From Patescibacteria group bacterium (GTDB lineage: Bacteria; Patescibacteriota; Patescibacteriia; PEXW01), in assembly GCA_041665345.1 (NCBI GenBank), contig JBAYJA010000004.1, positions 114,122-161,294 of the forward strand: DNA of 47,173 bases, in the 5' to 3' direction. The number at the start of each line of letters is the position of its first letter. Positions within the stretch are counted from its first letter, which is position 1. The notes under the pieces are model-generated. The model was not told the origin of the DNA and searched no databases. It saw only the letters and a list, made by a program, of their open reading frames with translations. Both the position numbers and the translations under genes were made by a program. This document shows, piece after piece, positions 31,995 to 40,947 of this stretch.

Positions 31995-32052
31995 TTTTGT
32001 CAAGTCCAACAGAGTCAATTCCCTTGACAAAACATTCCCTTCCTGTTACATT
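31995..32052 (+). promoter_or_regulatory. promoter of the NfeD-flotillin operon with a 10-bp inverted repeat over the -35
   Basis: TTTTGTCAAG (31995-32004) and CTTGACAAAA (32023-32032) are perfect inverted repeats. TTGACA (32024-32029), 17 nt, TACATT (32047-32052). Confidence 0.5.
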
Positions 32053-32130
32053 TTTCTGCTAAAAATACTCACAGAAATTGTTTCATTACCAACTACATAT
32101 GTACACACAAAACCTTGAAGGAGGTTCAGA

Positions 32131-32655
32131 ATGATGGTTTTTGCAACGATCGGGATATTTGGCTTTGCCATACTCCTGCTGAGTTTGCTTTTCGGGCATG
32201 ATCACGACCATGATTTCAGCGATCATGACCATGACGGAGCACACGATGGAGATAAAGGCCCATCAATTTTTTCAGTGAAAATGTTGGCCATCGTCATGGT
32301 AGGCTTTGGTATTGCTGGATTTGGGATAAGCGCAGGAACCGATTGGTCAATGCTCGCTGCATCCCTGTGTGGAATCGGCGGTGCTGTGGTCATGGGTTTT
32401 CTTGGCTACACTGTCATAAAGACAATCTGGAGCCAGCAAGCGTCATCGACCATTACCAAATCCGACATCATTGGTGCGGTTGGCCGATTAATTGACGCGA
32501 TTGGGAAAGACAGTGTTGGCCAGGTGGCTTGCAATGTCCGGGGTCGCGAAGACACCTATATGGCGAAGACGGAGGATGGCCATGCAATTCCACTTGGCGC
32601 CACCGTAAAAATTATCGACAAAGTTGGACAGTACGTTATTGTTGTTGAATCGTAA
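32131..32655 (+). CDS. NfeD-like membrane protein with a His/Asp-rich loop
   Basis: TM helices, GHDHDHDFSDHDHDGAHDGD, and a C-terminal OB-like GQVACNVRGREDTYMAKTEDGHAIPLGATVKIIDKVG. GAAGGAGG upstream. Confidence 0.75.
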   Translation: MMVFATIGIFGFAILLLSLLFGHDHDHDFSDHDHDGAHDGDKGPSIFSVKMLAIVMVGFGIAGFGISAGTDWSMLAASLCGIGGAVVMGFLGYTVIKTIWSQQASSTITKSDIIGAVGRLIDAIGKDSVGQVACNVRGREDTYMAKTEDGHAIPLGATVKIIDKVGQYVIVVES

Positions 32656-32684
32656 CCCAAAATCACCTAACCCAAGGAGGATTC

Positions 32685-34292
32685 GTGACTGAATTTTTCA
32701 CCAATTTCATGTGGCCGATTTTAGCCCTCATCACCCTGTTGGCCTTAATCATTTTGGTACGCATCATGACCAGCTTCTACGTGAAGGTGCCGCCGCACAA
32801 GGCTGCGTTCTTCTACGGCGCGAAGTCGGGCCAGAAGAAAGGCGCCGAAGTGCATACGCCCGCAACTGGAGCAGCAACTGTTCGCGTGCTCCCAGCCGGA
32901 ACCGTGGTGGTCACTGGTGGTGGTCGGTTGCGCAAGCCGATTATCGAAGCAGTGGAATTTCTGGATTTATCGGAAATCACGCTGCAAGTGCAAACGAAGA
33001 ACATGGCGAACAAGGACGGCGTACTGATCACCGTTGAAGCCTTGGCGAATATCCGTTTTAAAGACGACGCGGATTCGCTGTTGATAGCTGGTGGCCGGTT
33101 CCTGGGCAAAACAGCACAGGACATCCGCCAGACTGCACAGGAGACGCTGGAATCGAACTTGCGTGGTGTGATTGGCCGTCTCACGGTCGAAGAACTCATC
33201 AACGACCGGGAGAAGTTCCGTACCGAAGTACTCAAGGAAGCCGGTGAAGACTTGGCGCGCTTGGGCATTCAGATTGACGTGTTCAACCCGCAGTCAATTA
33301 CCGACACGCAAGGGTATATCGAGGCGCTTGGCAAGAAGCGAACCGCGGAAGTGCAGCGCGACGCTTCGATTGGCGAGGCTGAAGCAAAGGCAGAAGCCAA
33401 GAAACGGTCCACGACTGCGGCGCAACAGGCTGAAGTCGTAAACCAGAATAACGAGAAACTCCAAGCTGAGGCAACGAAGAATACGAACGTTGCGAAGCAG
33501 CAATACAATGCGGAAGTTGCGAAGGAAACAGCAACTGCCGGACAGGCTGGACCACTTGCAACGGCCCAAGCGAAGCAAAGCGTCGTCATTGCTGAAGTCA
33601 AGGTGGAAGAAGAGCAAGCACGCGCCATGATCGCCGTGGAAGAGCAGAACATCAAACGCGAAGAGAAGAAGCAGGAAGCTGACGTGGTTGTGCCAGCCAA
33701 AGCCAAGGCCGATGCACAAGTCAAAGAAGCGGCCGGCTACCAGCTTGCCCAAGAAGCCAGAGCTTCAGGTGACAATAAGGCGATCATCCTTCGCGCCGAT
33801 GCCGAGTCGCACAAGCGGAAGGTTGAGGGCGAGGGCATGGGATTTGCGATCGAGGCTGAAGGTTTGGCCAAGGCAAAGGTGACCAAGGAAACAGGCCTTG
33901 CTGAGGCCGAGGTTATTCGGCAGAAGCTCCTGGCCGAAGCCGAAGGATTAGCGAAAAAAGCTGAGGCGTATAAACAATTCAGCCAAGCGGCAATACTTCT
34001 TGAAGTCGTGCGTGAACTGCCGCCGGTGGTAACGTCGTTTGCGTCTGTCTTTGGAGCAATTGCTGCGCCGATGGGCAACATCGACAAGGTCATTGTCTAC
34101 GACGGTGGCGGGAGTGGTGACGGCCAGGGTAGCTCACTAACTCGCATGGCAATGATGGGGCCAAAAATGATCAGCCAACTCCTCGACAGTGCCCAGGCGA
34201 TGGGTTTTGACATTGAAGGGCTCCTCAACCTTGCGAAAATCAAGGTTGCAAGTGCCCAGGATGCTGCCACAATCACTGATAAGAAGGAGTAA
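32685..34292 (+). CDS. flotillin / SPFH (band 7) family protein
   Basis: N-terminal TM, an SPFH domain, and a long Ala/Glu/Lys-rich flotillin repeat region (EAEAKAEAKK...). GTG start 4 nt after AAGGAGG. Confidence 0.9.
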   Translation: MTEFFTNFMWPILALITLLALIILVRIMTSFYVKVPPHKAAFFYGAKSGQKKGAEVHTPATGAATVRVLPAGTVVVTGGGRLRKPIIEAVEFLDLSEITLQVQTKNMANKDGVLITVEALANIRFKDDADSLLIAGGRFLGKTAQDIRQTAQETLESNLRGVIGRLTVEELINDREKFRTEVLKEAGEDLARLGIQIDVFNPQSITDTQGYIEALGKKRTAEVQRDASIGEAEAKAEAKKRSTTAAQQAEVVNQNNEKLQAEATKNTNVAKQQYNAEVAKETATAGQAGPLATAQAKQSVVIAEVKVEEEQARAMIAVEEQNIKREEKKQEADVVVPAKAKADAQVKEAAGYQLAQEARASGDNKAIILRADAESHKRKVEGEGMGFAIEAEGLAKAKVTKETGLAEAEVIRQKLLAEAEGLAKKAEAYKQFSQAAILLEVVRELPPVVTSFASVFGAIAAPMGNIDKVIVYDGGGSGDGQGSSLTRMAMMGPKMISQLLDSAQAMGFDIEGLLNLAKIKVASAQDAATITDKKE

Positions 34293-34300
34293 GTTCCACA

Positions 34301-34897
34301 ATGAATGGACGCAACATTGCAGAACAATCCAAAAGCGGGAGAGCGAGCCAAGCTGAAGAAAAAGCAGCGAGGGTCGTTGCTCCACGACGAGGTGAACCGA
34401 CGCCCATCGTGGCATCAGAACCACAGGAGGTACAAGCCACGGAATACCGGCACAACAAACCGGTATATCGTCTTGACAATACGCCGTCTGAAACGCTCGT
34501 AATCCACTGCAGCTCACCTCGGTTTCAGAAAGCTTTCCGGCTATTTGTTACTGAGGAGCTGGGTATTGAGCACTACACGCCAATCATGATTGGTGGCGGC
34601 GCTCATGCCTTTGGGATGTCAATGTTCTTACCGAAGAATTTGAAGTTCCTTTGGGAGCAAATCAAATTCTTCGTGAAGGAACAAAAGGTCAAGCAAATCA
34701 TCATCATCAACCACCGCGATTGTCAGTGGTATGAGAAGATGAAAGGCTACCATCCGACAGTCGATCTCCCGTTGAAAGGACGGGTTGACCTTCGAACCGC
34801 AACCAAGTCAATTTTGACTGATTTCGCGGGGGTGCACATTCGATCATTCTACGCCGATGTGCATGGCGACGAAATTGTGTTCGAAGAAGTAGTGTAA
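34301..34897 (+). CDS. hypothetical protein with conserved-looking Cys/His positions
   Basis: Third gene of the flotillin operon. Disordered N-terminus of about 60 aa, then LVIHCSSPRF, GGGAH and IIINHRDCQWY. Confidence 0.6.
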   Translation: MNGRNIAEQSKSGRASQAEEKAARVVAPRRGEPTPIVASEPQEVQATEYRHNKPVYRLDNTPSETLVIHCSSPRFQKAFRLFVTEELGIEHYTPIMIGGGAHAFGMSMFLPKNLKFLWEQIKFFVKEQKVKQIIIINHRDCQWYEKMKGYHPTVDLPLKGRVDLRTATKSILTDFAGVHIRSFYADVHGDEIVFEEVV

Positions 34898-34917
34898 ATT
34901 CGTACATTCGTACTTTG

Positions 34918-34949
34918 CAGGAGCAGCCACTTGGCCGCTCCTGTTTTTT
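34918..34949 (+). terminator. rho-independent terminator
   Basis: CAGGAGC / GCTCCTG stem followed by TTTTTT. Confidence 0.7.
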
Positions 34950-34967
34950 ATTAGTCGTTTCTGGCCG

Positions 34968-34976
34968 TGCTATACT
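34968..34976 (+). promoter_or_regulatory. extended -10 element TGCTATACT
   Basis: Lies 33 nt upstream of the ATG at 35010. Confidence 0.4.
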
Positions 34977-35009
34977 TCCGCCAACCCCGCAAACTAACCA
35001 AAAAAAGGT

Positions 35010-38000
35010 ATGCGAACAGTCTCCAAACGTCTGTGGTCCAAAGTTAGCACCACGCTAGCCATCACCACCTTGCTTTTTGCTACCCCAGGGTTGTCCGCTC
35101 TTCCGGCTTTGGCCATTACCAATGTGGTGACGGGCACGGTGACCACGACCACCGGCACAGCCATTGCGGGTGTGGTGATGGAACTGCACACCCCAGACGG
35201 CATTTTTAGTGTGCAGACCACCACTGCCGCAGATGGCACGTATAGCTTTTCGAATGACTTAACCAACGGCACCAGCTACGTGGTGGAAGCGCGGACACCC
35301 ACTGGCTACAACCGTTTTGGGGAAGGCTCAATTAACTTTTCCTACGTCACCGCCGCCACACACCCCAATGTCAACTTCCAGTTTATCCAAACTAGCAAGA
35401 CCATTAGTGGCACAGTGCGGAACACCGCCGGCGCACTCATTACCGACGCGGACATTACCATTGACCCCTACAACATTTCCGGCGCCAGCCGAGTCTCAAC
35501 CCGAACTGATGGCAGCGGGAACTACACGGCCACAGTGGTGGGCGGCACCTGGTTTGTCCAACCGGAGATCAACCTGTCCGAGTACACGCCCCGGTGGATT
35601 TCTGAGATTCCCCCACAGCGCGTGGATTTTGCCGCTGACGCCACCACCCAATCCACAACCCTGAATTTCACCGTGACCCCCGCCACCGGCAAGGTGAGCG
35701 TCTGCTTGCTCAACAGCGATGGGAGCAAACTCACCACCAGCAACTTCGTGGCAGATATTGACTTCCGCCGTTCAGACGGCGTGGGCACCCGACGCAAGGT
35801 GCAGCAGGCTGACTCCTGCCTGAGTGTCTACCTCACCCCAGGGATCTACGGCATTTCCGCTTTCCACAATGACCTGAATGGAAAATCATTTGACCCTGCA
35901 GCCACAACCTTTGTGATGACTGAAGGTGGGATTGTGGATTTGGGCACAGTAACCGCGCAGATAAACAGCGGGCACTTGAAAGGCAAGGTGACCAATACCA
36001 CAGGCGCAGCCATTGGCAATGTTGCTCTACTCGCTGTTCGTGAAGGTGGAAACGAACGGGTGAATGCGAACAGCGACCCTGCCGGCAACTTTGACTTGAC
36101 CGTGGGTGGCGGCACCTGGACCATTGGTTTGAATGCGCCCACCGGCAAGTCCCAGTACTCCCAAGTCACCCCAGCCACGGCAACGATCACCAACGGGCAG
36201 ACAGTGACAGGTCTGAACATCCAGATGAAAACCATTGACCGGAATGTGAGCGGCAACGTGCTGAATAGCGCGGGAACAAAAGTGACGGACTTCGTAGGCA
36301 GCGCCTACGTCCGGACCACCAACAACAAAGTTCGTATTGCTGCCCCAGTGGTGGACGGCGCCTTCAGCATTGACTTCTCCTCTTCCGAAGTAACCGGCAG
36401 CAAGGTTGTGGTGGGCGTCATGGCTGCACCCGGCGCAGACTACGCGGGTGGTGCGGAAAAGCAGGTAACCATTGTTGGCGCCGGCGCAACCCAAAACCTC
36501 ACCCTCAAAGCCTACGACGCAACCATGACCGGCAGCCTCCGGGTTGGTGGCGCAGTGCTGACCAGTGCTGGGTCTGACATCCAAGTTGTTGCCCTGGATG
36601 CTGATGGCAACTTCACCAGCACCACGGTTGCCGCTGATGGTTCGTACACCCTGCCCCTAGCAGCCGGTACGTGGCTGTACGATTACGATATTGAAAACCC
36701 TGAGCTGACTGCTGGGCTGCTGAACAAACCCGCCGGACAAAACAGCATTACGGTGAAGGCTGGTCAGGCTGTCACGAAAAACATTACGGTCTTCAAAGGG
36801 AACAATACCGTTACCGGTACAGTAACCGATGCCGCAGGCGGCGTGGTGAAGCGTGCCGTGGTTACCTTGGACAATCGGAATGCACTAGAAGCAACCGGCA
36901 CCACGGATCCAAATAATCTCATAACGGTGACTGCAGAAACGAATGACAGCGGTGTGTATACCGCCAAGGTGCCAGATGGAACCTACCTCATTACCGTTGG
37001 CGAAACCCCCGCCGTGGCTGAGACGCAGCTACCACCTGATGCGAAGACGGTAAAAATTTCCGGCAGCACCACTGCAACTGCCAACCTGGTCTTCGAAAAG
37101 ACTGACGCCACCTTGCAAGGTACAGTGAAATTCAACAACAAGGCGGAGAAGGGCGGAACCGTGACTGCGTACTCTAATGATGGTTCTCAGGTAACAGGCA
37201 CGGTCAGCCCCACGGGGACGTACAGCCTGAGTGTCACCAAAGGTGAACGTTGGAATGTGGTGGTGACTGACCTCTCTGGGAATACCCTGACGTCCAGTGA
37301 GCCAGTGGGTGTTACGCCAAAAGCCGGAGCGAACACCGTCAACCTAACCTTGAAGAGTACAGGTATTGCCGTGCCTGGTCCGGTAACGAAGTCTGGGAAT
37401 GCAGATGACAGCATAAGCATTGGTTTGGCAGATGGTACGACCGTGACCGTCCCGCCTTTCGCCTTGGGAACCAGCGGTACAGTTTCCCTCACCGTCACGC
37501 CAACCGTTGATATTGATCCCACCACTTTGGATCGGCCAGCCTCCCTGGCCTACGAAGTGAAAGCCCTTGATAGCACTGGGCGCGAGAAGAAGGATTTGGA
37601 TCAACCTGCCACCATCACCCTGCCGTACTCCGATGCAGCAGTTGTGAACAGCGGGCTGCGCGAAAAAGGTTTGGCCACGAAGTTCTGGGATCCGAACACC
37701 GAAACGTGGTCCACCGATGGTGCAACTGGTTTGGTTGATGTGAAAGATAATACCGCCACCTTAACTACAACGCACCTCACCAAGTTTTCCGTCACCGGAA
37801 CCTCTCGCGTCAAACCCACGGTGAGCAAATTTAGCGTAAAGAGCAAGAACAGCAGCACCATGGTGCTCACTGTTGCGGGCACGAACTTCAAAGGCAAGGT
37901 TGGGCTAAAAGTTGGAACCATCGCTGCCTCCAAAGTCCAGGTGGTGAATGCAACAACGCTGCTGGCCACTGTCCCGCTGAAAAATTTGAAAAACACCACA

Positions 38001-38108
38001 TACGATGTGACGGTGACGAATGGCGATGGCCGCCAAACCATCAAGCGCATGACCTACAGTAAGGGTCGGGTGCTGGGTGCCAGCATAGTGAAGCTCATTC
38101 CTCGGTAA
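35010..38108 (+). CDS. large secreted repeat protein (1032 aa): carboxypeptidase-regulatory-like beta-sandwich repeats plus a C-terminal IPT/TIG-like domain
   Basis: Signal peptide ending ALPALA. Many repeats of the form GTVTxxxGxxxxxAxV...DGSGNYT...GTW. C-terminus PTVSKFSVKSKNSSTMVLTVAGTNFKGKV... Confidence 0.8.
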   Translation: MRTVSKRLWSKVSTTLAITTLLFATPGLSALPALAITNVVTGTVTTTTGTAIAGVVMELHTPDGIFSVQTTTAADGTYSFSNDLTNGTSYVVEARTPTGYNRFGEGSINFSYVTAATHPNVNFQFIQTSKTISGTVRNTAGALITDADITIDPYNISGASRVSTRTDGSGNYTATVVGGTWFVQPEINLSEYTPRWISEIPPQRVDFAADATTQSTTLNFTVTPATGKVSVCLLNSDGSKLTTSNFVADIDFRRSDGVGTRRKVQQADSCLSVYLTPGIYGISAFHNDLNGKSFDPAATTFVMTEGGIVDLGTVTAQINSGHLKGKVTNTTGAAIGNVALLAVREGGNERVNANSDPAGNFDLTVGGGTWTIGLNAPTGKSQYSQVTPATATITNGQTVTGLNIQMKTIDRNVSGNVLNSAGTKVTDFVGSAYVRTTNNKVRIAAPVVDGAFSIDFSSSEVTGSKVVVGVMAAPGADYAGGAEKQVTIVGAGATQNLTLKAYDATMTGSLRVGGAVLTSAGSDIQVVALDADGNFTSTTVAADGSYTLPLAAGTWLYDYDIENPELTAGLLNKPAGQNSITVKAGQAVTKNITVFKGNNTVTGTVTDAAGGVVKRAVVTLDNRNALEATGTTDPNNLITVTAETNDSGVYTAKVPDGTYLITVGETPAVAETQLPPDAKTVKISGSTTATANLVFEKTDATLQGTVKFNNKAEKGGTVTAYSNDGSQVTGTVSPTGTYSLSVTKGERWNVVVTDLSGNTLTSSEPVGVTPKAGANTVNLTLKSTGIAVPGPVTKSGNADDSISIGLADGTTVTVPPFALGTSGTVSLTVTPTVDIDPTTLDRPASLAYEVKALDSTGREKKDLDQPATITLPYSDAAVVNSGLREKGLATKFWDPNTETWSTDGATGLVDVKDNTATLTTTHLTKFSVTGTSRVKPTVSKFSVKSKNSSTMVLTVAGTNFKGKVGLKVGTIAASKVQVVNATTLLATVPLKNLKNTTYDVTVTNGDGRQTIKRMTYSKGRVLGASIVKLIPR

Positions 38109-38130
38109 GGAATCGAGAAGAAGCAGAAAA

Positions 38131-38156
38131 CCCGAGTGACAACGCTCGGGTTTTTT
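38131..38156 (+). terminator. rho-independent terminator
   Basis: CCCGAG / CTCGGG stem followed by TTTTTT. Confidence 0.7.
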
Positions 38157-38288
38157 GTTGGGTACCCCAGGTCCCCCTGTCATTCGACGGGGCAGGCTTG
38201 ACCTGGCTGCTGCCAGTATGACATTTGACAAGTACCAACCCTCTGCTAAGCTTCTGTGAAACCAAAGAACTCTAGAAAAGGAGCGGAT

Positions 38289-38564
38289 ATGCCGGTAATG
38301 ACAGCGCATAAGATACCTAAAACCACGAATACAGTTGAAAAACCGTACCTGCAAACGGTAAAGAAAATGAGCGAGGACGTGCTCAGTTACGAGGAACTTG
38401 GCCGACTACAGAAAGTGCGCCTACGGAAATATGCAAAACACACCAGCTTGCAGTACCTGCTGGTTGGCGTTGACTGTACGGTTGAAGTGAAGATGAAAAT
38501 TTCACCCAGCGCCCAGGTGAAAAACCACACGATTGTGGAAACTGAAGCGGTTGTGTACCGCTAG
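38289..38564 (+). CDS. hypothetical protein (91 aa)
   Basis: AAAGGAG 6 nt before the ATG at 38289, and a terminator follows. Confidence 0.5.
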   Translation: MPVMTAHKIPKTTNTVEKPYLQTVKKMSEDVLSYEELGRLQKVRLRKYAKHTSLQYLLVGVDCTVEVKMKISPSAQVKNHTIVETEAVVYR

Positions 38565-38580
38565 TAATCGCACGAAAGTA

Positions 38581-38609
38581 GCCCCCAGGAATAACCTTGG
38601 GGGCTTTTT
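38581..38609 (+). terminator. rho-independent terminator
   Basis: GCCCCC / GGGGGC stem followed by TTTTT. Confidence 0.7.
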
Positions 38610-38617
38610 ACATTGTA

Positions 38618-38645
38618 TTGACAACCCACACGGGTGCGTTAAGAT
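38618..38645 (+). promoter_or_regulatory. promoter of the Clp_N-repeat gene
   Basis: TTGACA (38618-38623), 16 nt, TAAGAT (38640-38645). Confidence 0.45.
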
Positions 38646-38689
38646 GCAGCCAAAATACATTGGATACAGAACTTTCCCAAGGAGTTACA

Positions 38690-39619
38690 ATGATCGAGAT
38701 CTTCTCTGAGCTTTCTAGAAAAGCAATTGAATTTTCACGCGACGAAGCAGTCCGCCTTCGGCATGATTACATTGGTACTGAGCACATGCTCTTGGGACTT
38801 ATTCGGGGTGGACCCAACCGCGTAACAAAAATTCTGGAGGATGCAAGCATCCAACTGGATGAGCTCATTCTTGAAATTGAGGATGTTACACAACCAAGCA
38901 ACACTTCCTCGCTAATCATGGGGCAGCTCCCACTGACTGCACGGACAAAAAAGTGTCTGGAGCTAGCTCTGCAAGAAGCGCGGACACTGCAATCCAAAGA
39001 AATCGAACCTGAGCACATCCTCCTCGCGTTGCTGAAAGAGGAAGAAGGGGTTGCCGCACAAGTACTTTCCCTGTTCGACTTTGACTACAAGACTGCCTAC
39101 GAAGGTCTCACAGGCACGCCAAAAATTGCAGCAGAAGGGACGAGTTTCCCAATTTCCCCGGCTGTACGTGACATTCTGGAGCATGCAAAGGCTGAAGCTG
39201 TAAAACTTCGCAAATCATATCTTGGTGTGAGCCTTCTTTTCCTGGGTCTCCTTAAACTCGAATCTGACCCGGCGACTCTATGGTTGGCGAACTCAGGCGT
39301 GGACTTCAATAAGGTAAAAGCCGAACTTGAAGATCAGCTCTTGCCGGATGAAAACACCAAAATACACGTTAACCTCCGTACGCTGAGCCTGCACGTGGGG
39401 CAACCCATAGTGGCTCCACGAAGAATGCCCATAAATACTGCATACCAGCGCACACTGTTACTTGCTTTAAAGGAAGCTCAGACGCAAGGGCTCCAGGAAA
39501 TAACCCCGATGTGCATACTCTTGGCAATCCTCCGAGTGCCGGACAACCTACCGACAGAGGTTCTCACTCGGCACAACATAAAATACGAAATGCTAAAGTC
39601 CATGCACCCAACTGTGTAA
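38690..39619 (+). CDS. stand-alone protein made of four Clp_N (ClpA/ClpB N-terminal) repeats
   Basis: Four copies of the ...A...A..L.H.YIGTEHLLLGLL... repeat (IGTEHMLLGLIRGG, EPEHILLALLKEE, LGVSLLFLGLLKLE, ITPMCILLAILRVP). No ATPase domain. AAGGAG before the ATG at 38690. Confidence 0.8.
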   Translation: MIEIFSELSRKAIEFSRDEAVRLRHDYIGTEHMLLGLIRGGPNRVTKILEDASIQLDELILEIEDVTQPSNTSSLIMGQLPLTARTKKCLELALQEARTLQSKEIEPEHILLALLKEEEGVAAQVLSLFDFDYKTAYEGLTGTPKIAAEGTSFPISPAVRDILEHAKAEAVKLRKSYLGVSLLFLGLLKLESDPATLWLANSGVDFNKVKAELEDQLLPDENTKIHVNLRTLSLHVGQPIVAPRRMPINTAYQRTLLLALKEAQTQGLQEITPMCILLAILRVPDNLPTEVLTRHNIKYEMLKSMHPTV

Positions 39620-39634
39620 TGAAGGTCGTTTTTT

Positions 39635-39667
39635 ACCGCCACTTCCAATAGGAGCTGGCGGTTTTTT
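39635..39667 (+). terminator. rho-independent terminator
   Basis: ACCGCCA / TGGCGGT stem followed by TTTTTT. Confidence 0.65.
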
Positions 39668-39672
39668 ATACC

Positions 39673-39697
39673 AAAAGCCACCGGTTTTCCGGTGGCT
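39673..39697 (-). terminator. rho-independent terminator for 39719..40885
   Basis: AGCCACCGG / CCGGTGGCT stem with a T-run on the minus strand. Confidence 0.65.
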
Positions 39698-39718
39698 GTA
39701 AAATCGTACTCGTGAAAC

Positions 39719-40885
39719 TTACTCCGTTACCTCACTCTGCGCTTCTTTGAAGAAGATGCGCGTTGCCGCTAGCTTTTTCGTGTTGGAGGTGTAGGTTCCT
39801 AATACTTTCACCTTGTCCCCAACAGAAACGTCGGCAAAGGTTCGGAGACCGTTCTCATCCACGTATTTTGTGCTGGCAGTGGTGGTAACGGTTACATCGC
39901 CAAACTTCTTGCTGCTCACGCGCAGAACAAAAGTTTGCGCTGTAGCATCCACGGATTTCACCGTACCCGTGAAGTCCCCAAACTTAATGGTGAGGGTGTT
40001 GTTGCGGATCACGTTCGCATTGAGGGTGTTGGCCGTTGCTGTCCGTGTCCCCCGCACTTCCAACTTGTCGCCCACCAGAAATTCTTCAATCGTGGCCTTC
40101 CCCATGTAGCGTCGGAAAAGCTTGGTGGCGCTGGTAACGTTCACGGTCCAGGTCTCGGTGGTAGTTTCAGTGCTGTCAGATGTGCTGGCGCGCACCGAAC
40201 TGCTGTGAACTTTCACCTTCCGTTCAAGGGTCAACGTCGCTTGTAGGCCGCCGTTGGTGAGAGTGATGCTGGCAATGGTACCCGAGATGGTTTTCATGTC
40301 CACCACCACGCGGTCTGCGTCAATGCGGTTGCTGGACTGGCGCCAGAGCCCAATGACTTTTGCACGTTCGCCATTCTTCAAACCAGCACAGGTTCCCACT
40401 TCCCCACCCCGGGTAATTTTTGTGGTGCTGGAGAGGTAGACAGTCTGCTGCACTCGCTTATCAGGCAAAAAGGTGAACGTGTTGTTTACACAGTCCGTGG
40501 TGACAATGGTACCTTTAAACGTGCCACCAACGCGTTGCATAGTCCAATTTTTAACGCGTGTGGCGTTAATGGAATTTGCGGCGTCGTTCAAGGCAGTGCC
40601 GCGCACTTCTACCCGATCACCAATGAGAAACTCCCCCAGATCGGACGTGCCGTTGTACCGACGGAGAATTTTCGCTGTGGTTGGCACTTCCACCGTATAG
40701 GTGGTGGCTCCCACGAGCAGGCTGAGCGTGGACGGCAACGCAGTACCGCTGATGGCGGTAAGCGTCCCGGTAACGGTAATACTCCCAGCGGCTGGCTCAC
40801 TGGCCGCTTGGGCTGGCGTGAATCCGCCAAAGACGGTCGCCAAAGCAATGGCGCCTGTCCCGATAATTGCTGCGACTTTTCGCAT
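39719..40885 (-). CDS. secreted repeat protein (DUF5666-like beta modules)
   Basis: Signal peptide ending TPAQA. Repeated ...TVxVxxxTKxxRRYxGxxxxxEFLxGDxxEVRGT... modules. Confidence 0.7.
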   Translation of the reverse strand: MRKVAAIIGTGAIALATVFGGFTPAQAASEPAAGSITVTGTLTAISGTALPSTLSLLVGATTYTVEVPTTAKILRRYNGTSDLGEFLIGDRVEVRGTALNDAANSINATRVKNWTMQRVGGTFKGTIVTTDCVNNTFTFLPDKRVQQTVYLSSTTKITRGGEVGTCAGLKNGERAKVIGLWRQSSNRIDADRVVVDMKTISGTIASITLTNGGLQATLTLERKVKVHSSSVRASTSDSTETTTETWTVNVTSATKLFRRYMGKATIEEFLVGDKLEVRGTRTATANTLNANVIRNNTLTIKFGDFTGTVKSVDATAQTFVLRVSSKKFGDVTVTTTASTKYVDENGLRTFADVSVGDKVKVLGTYTSNTKKLAATRIFFKEAQSEVTE

Positions 40886-40907
40886 AGGCTTATGGGGTTA
40901 GGGGCGA

Positions 40908-40916
40908 GGTGGGAAG
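40908..40916 (-). promoter_or_regulatory. extended -10 element TGCTATACT (minus strand)
   Basis: Lies 22 nt upstream of the ATG at 40885 (positions 40886-40907 between them), with a C-rich leader and no Shine-Dalgarno. Confidence 0.35.
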
Positions 40917-40947
40917 TAGTATAGCACACCCCTAAAACCCAAGGTTT

